In this document: piece after piece, positions 28,230-36,962 of the stretch
Position numbering within the stretch: the first letter of the stretch is position 1
Layout of the letters: each line of letters begins with the position of its first letter
Origin: Candidatus Omnitrophota bacterium
Lineage (GTDB): Bacteria > Omnitrophota > Gorgyraeia > JAZDFF01
NCBI GenBank assembly: GCA_043808095.1
Contig: JAZDFF010000031.1
Span: forward strand, 101,073 to 165,072
Reading direction: 5' to 3'
DNA: 64,000 bases
The notes under the pieces: model-generated
What the model saw: only the letters and a program-made list of their open reading frames with translations
What the model was told of the DNA's origin: nothing
The model's database searches: none
Made by a program: the position numbers and the translations under genes

Positions 28230-28829
28230 TTATTTTGATTTACTGAAAAATCTTAGATTATCCAGTAATAAAACCCCTTCTTCGCTATCCGGATTATTCC
28301 ATGACTCTAAAACAAAAGAGACTCGCTTCAATTGAGTCTTATCAGTCAGGTCTTTAAATTCATCCAAAGGAATTTGATAGTGCTGCCAGTGATTATTTAA
28401 GCCTCTTATATAAAAAAATCCGCTTTCGTTTCTTGAATTTTCTAATGCAATTTTTAAGGTACTGGCCACGCTGCCGCTTTTTGCATCGCACTTTAAAAAT
28501 AATTCCAGCATGTTGTAATTAGAGATATCATTCTGCGGTAATTCTAATTCAAATTCGTTTTTGTCATAAAATGGGGAATTAAAGTTATAATTGATTTTAG
28601 CGGGCATTATATTTGAGGCAATAGAAATGCTGGTCTTCAGCGAATCAACGTTTTTAGTCCCAAATATAGTAACCTTTGTCAGGGCAGCCGCCAGTATTAT
28701 CAAAGAGCAGATTAAAATGACGACTAAAATAATCGCCTTTTTAGGAAAAAATTTATTCGTCTTTGCCTTTGGCCTATCATTACTAAAATAAACCTGGGCC
28801 AACCGGTTTTGCACATAATCTTTTTTCAT
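28230..28829 (-). CDS. membrane-anchored hypothetical protein, probable partner of ParA-CBM48
   Basis: 11-nt gap to the ParA gene. A single TM helix, and a beta-rich C-terminal domain. Confidence 0.4.
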   Translation of the reverse strand: MKKDYVQNRLAQVYFSNDRPKAKTNKFFPKKAIILVVILICSLIILAAALTKVTIFGTKNVDSLKTSISIASNIMPAKINYNFNSPFYDKNEFELELPQNDISNYNMLELFLKCDAKSGSVASTLKIALENSRNESGFFYIRGLNNHWQHYQIPLDEFKDLTDKTQLKRVSFVLESWNNPDSEEGVLLLDNLRFFSKSK

Positions 28830-29139
28830 TTTATATCATAAATGTTGGGGAGTGTCAATAATATTAAAATTTTTTACACCGCAAAGGCGCAAAGAAAAAT
28901 TTTACCCTTTCCCGCTCAATAATCTTTTATCTATCGGGATCCCGCTCTGCGGGAAAAGGCGTATATCAGAACATCAGGAGATCAGTAAGCAGGATATCAG
29001 AATGCCGGGAGAGTTTTGGCTTAAACCTGATACCCTGTTCTTCTGATATTCTACCCACTGATTCCCTGATATGCCGATAACCGTTTTTAGAGAGTTTTAT
29101 ATTTTGCGATTTTGCGGAACTTTTGCGATTTTCCCGCTC

Positions 29140-29200
29140 AGCTATTTAGAAGTTCGGGCGGGATCCCGCTTATTAGCGGGAAGCGGTGTAGTTATGAAGG
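29140..29200 (+). repeat. intergenic repeat family C (TTTAGAAGTTCGGGCGGGATCCCGCTTATTAGCGGGAAGCGGTGTAG)
   Basis: Repeated at 48695..48755 (+) and, diverged and inverted, at 57120..57190. It contains the GGGATCCCGC palindrome also seen at 13240 and 28930. Confidence 0.55.
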
Positions 29201-30751
29201 CCGCTTAATCGGTTTATTCAGATAATCAGGAACCGGCCTCTCTATTAATTTATAAAAATTTGACAAGTGCCTGCGAAATAAAGAATCAAAACTCGGAACA
29301 TCGTCGCCATACCACCAGAACCAGTCGCTGCCCTCGGCAACATAAATCTGTTTCCAGGCTAATTCCATGGACTGTGGACTGTGGACTGTGGACTGAGATA
29401 ACTCTTCCCTCGCCTTGGCCAGGTATTCCCAGGCCAGATTTTTTTCATAGTTACCTATCCATTTGGTAAAATCGGCATTTATCCAGCTCCCGGCAGAGAT
29501 CTTGTTAAGTTTCGGCTCATGGGGGTGCATATTAAGGTATTCGCTTACGGTCACCGTTTTTAATTCGGGGTTTTCGCTTATACGCTTATAAATACCGCTA
29601 AGAAAATCCCAGCCGTCATTAGGATAATATTCCCAGGCATTTTCTCCATCTAAGGCTATGGTTATCAGGCCGTCCTGGCCTTCTAAAAGAAGCATGGCGT
29701 CATCCAATGATTTCATAAAATCATTAATGGCCTCTTCTGTCTTATAGCGGTGATAGACAAATCCAATTTTATTAGAGATGTTACTATCTCTAAAAAGGAT
29801 GTTGAGATGTCCGCTGTCGGCTTCTATGCTGTAGGGCCTATAAAGGATTGATTTTTGAGGCTTAGTCTTTCTTAGAGATTTAAAAAGGATTGCCTCATCC
29901 GTAACTACCCAGTTTATTTTGGCCTCGGCGATAAAAGGCAGGATATGGCTGTTAATTGCCTGTTCTGAAGGCCACATGCCACTACAGGCGCGGTTAAAAA
30001 CCTCTTGGTATAACTTAAGCGCCGCATCGATATGATATTTAATATCTTCAGGGTGGCGGAATAACACCTTGGGAATGACGGTCTTGGGGTTAGCCTCAAT
30101 AGCGGATTTATTATTATATAATAAAGGCAATATCGGATGGTAATACGGAGTTATGGATACTTCAATTTGCCCGGCATCCTGGAATTTCCTATAGGCGGGT
30201 AAAACCTGGCCGATGATTTCGATTTGTTTTTTTAGGACTATATTTTTTTCTTCTTCGCTAAAGAACCTGCCTTTTCTTACGATGGCCGTCAATTGCGTAG
30301 ATTCTTTTCTAAAAAGGGAGTCTATCCAGGCCAGGTTAAACCAGACCTGCAGGTCCAGGAAATCCTGCGGATTAAATTCAAGGTTAGCCTGTTTTTTTAG
30401 ATATAATTCACAGTAGCGAGGGTGTATGGATATTATTCTTTCAGGGTCAGCGCTAAAAAAATTTTCCAGGATGAATTTCTTTTCATCCGTGGAAAGCTCC
30501 CTTGAATTTTTTAGGGAGAGTTCGTAAAACCTCTCTTTAAAATCGCCTTTTGCATAATCCTGGATCTGTTCAATTAATGAGGGAACTAGATTAAAGGTCT
30601 GATGTATTTTAGGAAAACCTTCAAGGATGCGCACCATATCCAGATAGTCTTTTACGGCGTGCAACCTTACCCAGGGAAGGTGAAATTCCCCCGTGAGGAG
30701 GTCTTTATAATAAGGCTGGTGCATGTGCCAGATGAAGGCGACGTATAACAT
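29192..30751 (-). CDS. glycoside hydrolase family 57 enzyme (GH57 glucan branching enzyme/amylase-like)
   Basis: MLYVAFIWHMHQPYYKD N-terminal hallmark of GH57. The 519-aa size matches Thermus-type GH57 branching enzymes. Confidence 0.75.
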   Translation of the reverse strand: MLYVAFIWHMHQPYYKDLLTGEFHLPWVRLHAVKDYLDMVRILEGFPKIHQTFNLVPSLIEQIQDYAKGDFKERFYELSLKNSRELSTDEKKFILENFFSADPERIISIHPRYCELYLKKQANLEFNPQDFLDLQVWFNLAWIDSLFRKESTQLTAIVRKGRFFSEEEKNIVLKKQIEIIGQVLPAYRKFQDAGQIEVSITPYYHPILPLLYNNKSAIEANPKTVIPKVLFRHPEDIKYHIDAALKLYQEVFNRACSGMWPSEQAINSHILPFIAEAKINWVVTDEAILFKSLRKTKPQKSILYRPYSIEADSGHLNILFRDSNISNKIGFVYHRYKTEEAINDFMKSLDDAMLLLEGQDGLITIALDGENAWEYYPNDGWDFLSGIYKRISENPELKTVTVSEYLNMHPHEPKLNKISAGSWINADFTKWIGNYEKNLAWEYLAKAREELSQSTVHSPQSMELAWKQIYVAEGSDWFWWYGDDVPSFDSLFRRHLSNFYKLIERPVPDYLNKPIKRPS

Positions 30752-30759
30752 AATTTAAA

Positions 30760-30821
30760 TCCCAATAATTACCAATAACTACCAAATTCCAATGAAATCC
30801 CAATTTCCAATTTATAGACCA
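30760..30821. repeat. CCAAT-rich arm (left) flanking four-helix-bundle gene; ~10-11-nt phased CCAAT repeats
   Basis: cccaataattaccaataactaccaaattccaatgaaatcccaatttccaattt. Its inverse ATTGG-rich partner lies at 31176..31250, and both arms recur fused at 34783..34910. Confidence 0.55.
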
Positions 30822-31175
30822 TTATTTGGTTTTCTTGGTATTTTCGATAATCGAACTCAAAATGTTTTTAATCTCATTTGCTTCTTGGATATCTCTAGCA
30901 ATTTTTTCTTTATCAATGTATTTTCCAGAAATAAGCCTCAACCAATATCTACTCTCTTTTGCCTCTCTTCTGGCTATGCCCATCTTGTTTATAAAATCCT
31001 TCTTGCTTAAAGCGCCGTCTGCTTCTTCAACATTTGCGCCTACCGAAGTCCCTGCCTCAGTAAGTTGTTTACGAATTACATCGCATTCAACTGCCCGAGG
31101 TAACATAGCCACTATTTCTAAAACCCTTTGTGCAAATTTAAAAGTCCTGTCTTTTATATCATATTCTTTGGCCAT
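30822..31175 (-). CDS. four-helix-bundle protein (TIGR02436 / 23S rRNA intervening-sequence protein family)
   Basis: 117-aa all-helical protein with the family pattern …FAQRVLEIV…LTEAGTSVGANVEEA…FINKMGIARREAKESRYWLRLI. Confidence 0.7.
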   Translation of the reverse strand: MAKEYDIKDRTFKFAQRVLEIVAMLPRAVECDVIRKQLTEAGTSVGANVEEADGALSKKDFINKMGIARREAKESRYWLRLISGKYIDKEKIARDIQEANEIKNILSSIIENTKKTK

Positions 31176-31250
31176 TATTGGTATTTATTGGAGATCGGAC
31201 ATTCATTGGTATTATTGGTATTTATTGGACATTGAAATTCATATGTAACA
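31176..31250. repeat. ATTGG-rich arm (right) flanking four-helix-bundle gene
   Basis: ttggtatttattggagatcggacattcattggtattattggtatttattggacattgaaattcat. It is an inverted counterpart of 30760..30821. Confidence 0.55.
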
Positions 31251-31303
31251 AAAAACCCCCGAGAGTGTTAGCCCCCGGGGGTTTTAAGCTTACATAAGCT
31301 GTC

Positions 31304-32698
31304 TTAGAAAGTTACCTTCATTGAGCCGATGAGTTGTGAGGCAACGGTCTTATTCGCTACCGTCTTATCAAAGGCAGAGCCGCAGAAGAACATACCGCCG
31401 CTGAGGCCTAATTGCACGTCTTCGGTGTAATCATAAACAACTCCAAGGTCAACTTCATCGCCAAGATGTTTTTTACCTCTCATGGTATACGCCTTTGTGC
31501 CGGCAGCACCACTTAACGTAACCGAGCCAGGTAAATATGCTTTATCTAACATCAGACTGTAGTAGTCTAAGATAACCTTTACATCCTGCATCGGTTTCAT
31601 ACTGGCAGATACATTGGTAAAATTGGCATTGGAGTAACCTAAGATGGCATTGAATATGGTTCCACCAGCCTGATCCTCACACACTCCATCCCAGCCCGTA
31701 TAATTATCAGAGATCGAACCATCTTTTTGTCCTGATAAATGGGTGAATGATGCAGTAAAAGAAGGATCATATTTTACGTTCTCAGGTGTATACATAGCGA
31801 TTGCCTGAAGTGCCCAGGCATTTCTTTTGTATTTTGCATCAACAGTTAATTCCTGGTCATTGATATATAAAGTATCATTATCAATAAGCACGCCGCTCTG
31901 ATGAGCGCCTTCTAATTGCAGGACCAGATTTTTAATCCCGGCATAGACACCTCTAGCACCGATTGTTCTCGTGATATCGTCTGTACTACTGTTATTAAGG
32001 GTGCCGCCATCCGGTTGCCTATTTCTCTGAAAATAATAAACCTCAGTGTTTAAGGTATCATTGACTTTATAGGCAGCATTCACGCCGTAAAGTTCAACAT
32101 CATCATGAATGAGGATGGTATTTGTGGTTGAGACACCGGCATCTAACTTAGCATAGAAAAGATCAATGGTGAGGGGATTATAATCTAAGATGGCTTTTAA
32201 CGCATCAAAGCTCTTACGTTTGCTGAAATCCTCTAAACCCGGATTAGTCCCTGACATCGCATCCAGCTGTGATCTTGCAGAGCATTGACCATTGGTTGCT
32301 GGTGCGCCTATAAGAAAACCATTGCCATACCTTAATTCCTGGCGTCCTATAACCACAGTCAGAGGTGAATAAAGCATCTCTTTCAAAGTTACATAAGCCA
32401 AATCTACATCAACTCCGGTTTGGCTACCGGTATCAACTTCAGCACCCCATTCTCTTTCATTCAATAACCTTACAGTGGTAGAGACATTATCAGTTAAGTC
32501 TGCATCGACTCTCACGCGGGTAAATGCAAGGGTTGCTCTTAACGATTCAGCATCTGATACGAACAAGAAGTTGTTTCTTGCCACACCTACTACCTCAATA
32601 TCTCCGCCTACCTTTACATTCTGGACTGCTGCGAATGCAGGAATAGCCAAACCTACGGCTACTACTACAGCCAAGAATATCATTAAGCGTCTACTCAT
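31304..32698 (-). CDS. outer-membrane beta-barrel protein / putative porin
   Basis: Signal peptide MSRRLMIFLAVVVAVGLAIPAFA, alternating beta-strand pattern, and C-terminal …MKVTF ending in Phe. Confidence 0.6.
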   Translation of the reverse strand: MSRRLMIFLAVVVAVGLAIPAFAAVQNVKVGGDIEVVGVARNNFLFVSDAESLRATLAFTRVRVDADLTDNVSTTVRLLNEREWGAEVDTGSQTGVDVDLAYVTLKEMLYSPLTVVIGRQELRYGNGFLIGAPATNGQCSARSQLDAMSGTNPGLEDFSKRKSFDALKAILDYNPLTIDLFYAKLDAGVSTTNTILIHDDVELYGVNAAYKVNDTLNTEVYYFQRNRQPDGGTLNNSSTDDITRTIGARGVYAGIKNLVLQLEGAHQSGVLIDNDTLYINDQELTVDAKYKRNAWALQAIAMYTPENVKYDPSFTASFTHLSGQKDGSISDNYTGWDGVCEDQAGGTIFNAILGYSNANFTNVSASMKPMQDVKVILDYYSLMLDKAYLPGSVTLSGAAGTKAYTMRGKKHLGDEVDLGVVYDYTEDVQLGLSGGMFFCGSAFDKTVANKTVASQLIGSMKVTF

Positions 32699-32930
32699 TT
32701 TGTCTACCTCCTTGGTTAATTTATTTTATTATAATTAACTAGGGCCTTATTTTTTACCTAGGGATTCTAGATTATCGCCAATTACTAATAACCTCCGGCA
32801 ATTTTTATTTCCTCAGCCTCCTTTTCTGCCGTAAATTGAAGTTATCGTTGGCGTTATAATCATTTGTACTAAGTTATCATAGACACGGGTTTTTGTCAAG
32901 AAAAATTTTAAATAAACGCGAATGGTCGCG

Positions 32931-32975
32931 AATCTTCCGCCACAATCCTTTGGCGGACCCGCCAATTTTTGTGGC
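32931..32975. repeat. two tandem CCGCCA-N7/8-TGGCGG palindromes (REP-like)
   Basis: ccgccacaatcctttggcgg and cccgccaatttttgtggcggg. The same palindrome core occurs at 33828..33849 and 48485..48504. Confidence 0.5.
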
Positions 32976-33095
32976 GGGAACGCGAATTCTCGCTAATCCC
33001 CGCCTTCGCTAAAGCTTCGGCGGGCAGGCGCAAAGACGCAAAAAAAAATCCAAAAAATCAAAAATATTTTGGAACCGTCAGCTGGATTAGTGAAA

Positions 33096-33743
33096 TTAGA
33101 CTATTCTAGAAAGCAAGGCCTGGGCGTTTTTAATAAGGGCCTCGGATTGTTTTTTATCAAGGCCTGCGCCTTGAGCGATTAATATCATATCTCTAGGTGA
33201 GAGTATGTCTTCTGGGCTGTGACTATCAGTATTAATGATTAGCTTAGCTTTAAACCTTTTGGCAAGCGTTGCTACATGGCCGTTTGTGAGGCAGTGGCCT
33301 CTGCGGCAGCTGATTTCCAGGTAGATATTTTTCTTGGCCGCAAGTTCTACATCACTGGCTTTTATTAGGCCCGGATGGGCTAAGATGTCTACGCCGGCTA
33401 AAAGCGCGGCGCGATTAGTCCCGGGTATTACCGGCTCAACTAAGGTCTCTCCATGGCCGATGATTAATTTTATGCCCTGGGCTCGGGCATATCTTACCAA
33501 TGGTTTAAACTGAACAAGAGGCAAGTGGGTTAATTCGATTCCCGGGATTATTTTTATCTTTGAAGCCTTGGGAAAGGTGCGGGTAAATTCTAATATTGAG
33601 CTAATTACTGTCTTAATATTTGAGGCATCCGTATGGTCAGTAATGGCAATAGCCCGAAAACCTTTCACCTCGTAATGCCTGGCTAGTTCTGAAGGAAGTA
33701 ACGCGCCGTCACTTAATAAGGAATGCGTATGCAGGTCGAACAT
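33096..33743 (-). CDS. PHP-domain phosphoesterase
   Basis: MFDLHTHSLLSDGA…ITDHTD His-rich PHP motifs. Confidence 0.65.
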   Translation of the reverse strand: MFDLHTHSLLSDGALLPSELARHYEVKGFRAIAITDHTDASNIKTVISSILEFTRTFPKASKIKIIPGIELTHLPLVQFKPLVRYARAQGIKLIIGHGETLVEPVIPGTNRAALLAGVDILAHPGLIKASDVELAAKKNIYLEISCRRGHCLTNGHVATLAKRFKAKLIINTDSHSPEDILSPRDMILIAQGAGLDKKQSEALIKNAQALLSRIV

Positions 33744-33941
33744 TTAATGAGCACTTGACTTAGGAAACGCGAAGCGTGACATAAGTCAATCTCCTATGAA
33801 TAACTACTATGATTGTGCGAATTAAACCCGCCATTAATTAGTGGCGGGTAAATTCGGACAGATAACTTAGCTTCACTATCGTTCGCTAAGTTATGTCCTC
33901 ATTTATTTTCTCTTAGCTCTTAAGTCTTAGTTCTGAATTTA

Positions 33942-34014
33942 TGCCCCTGGCAGGAATCGAACCTGCCCAAGCGGTTTAGGAAACCGCTGCTCTATCCTAA
34001 TGAGCTACAGGGGC
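33942..34014 (-). tRNA. tRNA-Arg (anticodon CCT)
   Basis: The reverse complement folds as acceptor GCCCCTG/CAGGGGC, D-arm GCTC…GAGC, anticodon stem GCGGT/ACCGC with loop TTCCTAA, and T-arm GCAGG-TTCGATT-CCTGC. Confidence 0.75.
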
Positions 34015-34236
34015 GTCGTTCGCTAAAGGTTTACAAACCGTATCAAAAACACCAAGGTCTAGATGTTCGTTAATGGTTGTCGATGCTGGTATCGAAGCTA
34101 GATGTTTGAAGCTGGATGAAAGATTAAACAAATTTCGAGCTTCCAAAACGAGCATCGATACAAGCATCCATACCGTTAGACGAGTTTCGAAACCAAATAA
34201 AGCGTTAACTTGACTTTTGAATAATACAGTTACAAC

Positions 34237-34752
34237 CTAATACTTAATCAACGAATAAGCCGGATAACCTTTTAGTTTCCTGCGGCCGCCTAAATCGGTC
34301 AGCTCAATTAAAAATACGATACCTGCGACTTTAGCTTTAAGTTTCTCGACCAGCCTAACTGTAGCATCAACTGTGCCGCCCGTAGCCAGTAAATCATCCA
34401 CAATCAGAACCCTGGCACCTTTTTTTACGGCATCCTTATGAATTTCCAGGGTATCTTTTCCGTATTCCAGTCCGTAAGTAGCGCTATAAGTCTTAGCGGG
34501 AAGTTTCCCTTTTTTTCTTACCGGAACAAAACCCGCGCCGAGTTTATAAGCGACAGCCGCACCTAAAATAAAACCCCGCGCCTCTACTGCCACCACCGTA
34601 TCAATCTGTTTTCCCACAAATTTTTGGGCCAGGAGGTCTACTGCCAATTCAAAGCCGTCTTTGTCCTTAAGCAGGGTGGTTATGTCGCGAAAAAGAATAC
34701 CTTTTATGGGAAAATCAGGGATACTGCGGATGTAGCTCTTTAAGTCCATCAT
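34237..34752 (-). CDS. apt: adenine phosphoribosyltransferase
   Basis: [14 protein letters not shown]…[17 protein letters not shown]-binding motif, and a 171-aa size. Confidence 0.85.
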   Translation of the reverse strand: MMDLKSYIRSIPDFPIKGILFRDITTLLKDKDGFELAVDLLAQKFVGKQIDTVVAVEARGFILGAAVAYKLGAGFVPVRKKGKLPAKTYSATYGLEYGKDTLEIHKDAVKKGARVLIVDDLLATGGTVDATVRLVEKLKAKVAGIVFLIELTDLGGRRKLKGYPAYSLIKY

Positions 34753-34782
34753 AATAGGCTCTCCTCATATGATTTGTTTAAT

Positions 34783-34910
34783 GCCCGATTATCCAATAAG
34801 TACCAAATCCCAATTAATTACCAAGTAACCAATTTCCAATTAAAATTGGACATTAGGATTTTGAAATTCATTGGTATTTATTGGATATTGAGAATTGGTC
34901 ATTTTCATAC
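34783..34910. repeat. cargo-less copy of the CCAAT/ATTGG inverted-arm element (imperfect ~125-nt palindrome centred on CCAATT-AAA-ATTGG)
   Basis: The left half ccaataagtaccaaatcccaattaattaccaagtaaccaatttccaatt matches 30765..30815. The right half …gaaattcattggtatttattgga… matches 31195..31245. Confidence 0.5.
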
Positions 34911-34973
34911 TGTCTTTCAACTCCTATTACTTTTAAAAAGACAGTTTCTTTTGCGTTGATAGACAGGTATAAC

Positions 34974-35825
34974 TTATGTCCTCATTTGGCACGATTTGCG
35001 TTTGATTAAGCGAGTGGGCAGAATTATCTTCACCGGGGTCTTTTGTCTTTTTATGACAACTTGGTTTAAATTCTCTAAGGCAAGCCTGCCCATCTCCATC
35101 AATGGCTGGCTTACAGTGGTAAGGGGAACCGGGCTATATACGCTTAGGGGATTATCATCAAACCCGATTATGGAAAGTTGTTCGGGGACTTTTATCTTCA
35201 GGTTTTTGGCTGCCTCCAGGACTTCAAGTGCCATGACGTCGCTTGCGGCGAATATGGCCGTAGGAGGATTTTTGGATTTGAGCAGCTCCTCTGCGGCAAG
35301 CCTTGCCGGCGTCCTCAGGAATTCGCCGTTTTTAACAAGGCTATCCTCTATCTTTAAATTGTGTCTCTTTAAGGCCTCCTTGTAGCCTTCCAGTCTTTTT
35401 TTGGCGGCCTCGGTGCTCATATTTCCGCAAATTGTGGCGATCCTCTTATGGCCTAATTCTATCAGATAATCCAGCGCGGAAATTGCGCCGGATTTATTAT
35501 CAATAGATATGCAATTTATCGGGCCGGTGACAAAATTATTCATTACCAAAAACGGGATGTCTTTATTTGCAAACTTTTTTATAACCTGGATTTGCCCGTT
35601 TATATCCGCGAATATTATCCCGTCTAAATATTTGGGACGGGCCAGCAATGAGGCCACCCAGATATCCGAAGAAAGACTCTCGGTGATATGGATGGTGACA
35701 TCGGCCTTAAGGCGGCTGGCGGCAATAGTCACTCCCCGGATAACCTCGCAGGCATAAAATGAATGAAAGATATCTTCAAAACGGTGGATTATTAATCCGA
35801 AAACTTTATTTGGTCTTTCTACCAT
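34974..35825 (-). CDS. LacI-family sugar-binding (periplasmic-binding-protein type 1) domain protein lacking an N-terminal HTH
   Basis: It aligns to the ligand-binding core of LacI/PurR-type regulators (…IIGFDD…), but the ORF starts directly with the core and no HTH is present upstream in frame. Confidence 0.5.
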   Translation of the reverse strand: MVERPNKVFGLIIHRFEDIFHSFYACEVIRGVTIAASRLKADVTIHITESLSSDIWVASLLARPKYLDGIIFADINGQIQVIKKFANKDIPFLVMNNFVTGPINCISIDNKSGAISALDYLIELGHKRIATICGNMSTEAAKKRLEGYKEALKRHNLKIEDSLVKNGEFLRTPARLAAEELLKSKNPPTAIFAASDVMALEVLEAAKNLKIKVPEQLSIIGFDDNPLSVYSPVPLTTVSQPLMEMGRLALENLNQVVIKRQKTPVKIILPTRLIKRKSCQMRT

Positions 35826-35908
35826 GCCTTCTCCTTTTAATAAGCAGACAATTTACGGAATGTTAGTGACGTAAATTGTAGCCTCTGTTATTTGCGTATC
35901 GGGCGTCT

Positions 35909-36045
35909 GCGAATTAATCCCGAAGCTTAAGTAAAAATTATCGAACCCTCTGGAATTTCACGAAGTGAAATTCCGAGGACTAAAGTCCCGGGAATTCTCT
36001 GAATTCCTCGGGGGAGAATTCTTACTTGTTTAAGCGAGGGATCTA
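35909..36045 (+). repeat. MITE-like structured repeat, family B copy 2
   Basis: gaattaatcccgaagcttaagtaaaaattatcgaaccctctggaatttcacgaagtgaaattccgaggactaaagtcccgggaattctctgaattcctcgggggagaatt…ttaagcgagggatc. Confidence 0.6.
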
Positions 36046-36063
36046 CGGTTAACTCGTCCCCAT

Positions 36064-36882
36064 TTACCATGTTCTATCTTTTTCTTCTTGGCTGATAAAC
36101 TTCCGTAATTTTTTTAATGCATTTTCTTCTATTTGGCGGACACGCTCCCGGGAGATTTCCATATCCTTGGCAACCTCGGCAAGGGTGTAACTCCTTCCGT
36201 TAGTGAGGCCGAATCTTAAATCCAGGACCTGTTTTTCTTTTTCGTTCATCTGGCCCAAGAGATTTGAGACACTATCACGGTTTATAAACTGTGAAATTTC
36301 GTCTTCTGAGGAACCGCTAGACTCATCCTTAATCATATCCATTACCTGGCCGTCTCCGTCTTCGCCGATAGGCGCATCAAGAGAGGCGGTCTTGGTAATC
36401 CATTTTCTGATGTCTCTAACTTTATCAATCGGTAAATGCATTTTTCTGGCAATATCTGAAGTCGAAGGTGCGCGTTTCAATTTTTGGCTCAGCGCCTCTT
36501 TGGTCTTATTCCATTTTGAAATTAGTTCGCTCATATAGACAGGCACACGCACGGTCTTAGACTGTTCAAAAAGTGCGCGGGTAATACTCTGCCTTATCCA
36601 CCAGGCGGCGTAGGTAGAAAACCTGTAGCCTTTTTTGGGATTAAATTTGTCTACTGCCTTCATTAAGCCGAGGTTGCCCTCTTCAATTAAATCTATTAAG
36701 GGGAGGCCGAAATTACCGTAACGTTTGGCAATATTGATGACCAGGCGCAGGTTGGAACGAATCATCTTAAGGCGCGCTTCCTGATCGCCCTTTTTGATGA
36801 GCCTGCTCAGGTCTATTTCATCCTTGGCAGTTAAAAGAGGGATATTTTTGATTTCCTTCAGATATATCTTTATGGCTTCCAT
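36064..36882 (-). CDS. RNA polymerase sigma factor, sigma-70 family (RpoD/RpoS-like group)
   Basis: Region 2 FSTYAAWWIRQSITRAL, region 3, and region 4 YTLAEVAKDMEISRERVRQIEENALKKLR. Confidence 0.8.
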   Translation of the reverse strand: MEAIKIYLKEIKNIPLLTAKDEIDLSRLIKKGDQEARLKMIRSNLRLVINIAKRYGNFGLPLIDLIEEGNLGLMKAVDKFNPKKGYRFSTYAAWWIRQSITRALFEQSKTVRVPVYMSELISKWNKTKEALSQKLKRAPSTSDIARKMHLPIDKVRDIRKWITKTASLDAPIGEDGDGQVMDMIKDESSGSSEDEISQFINRDSVSNLLGQMNEKEKQVLDLRFGLTNGRSYTLAEVAKDMEISRERVRQIEENALKKLRKFISQEEKDRTW

Positions 36883-36962
36883 TTTCTCTCTACTCTCTAT
36901 CCCGAATGAAGTTACTCAAGAATTTATGCTTCGGGATCCCGATGCGTCTCTTCGCAGTAATG

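Noticed and set aside
30826-31248. 140-aa plus-strand ORF overlapping the four-helix-bundle gene, and other 60-130-aa antisense ORFs listed in the track (e.g. 163..363, 2594..2827, 38101..38499, 46185..46664, 49007..49930)
   Set aside because: These are shadow ORFs inside well-supported genes on the opposite strand. They have low-complexity or Ser/Leu-rich composition, and no SD or domain signal.
34016-34236. possible integrated element or attachment site upstream of tRNA-Arg (direct-repeat-like tcgatgctggtatcgaagc / gcatcgatacaagcatcc)
   Set aside because: Only short imperfect repeats are present. There is no integrase or cargo genes nearby, and no duplicated tRNA 3' end.
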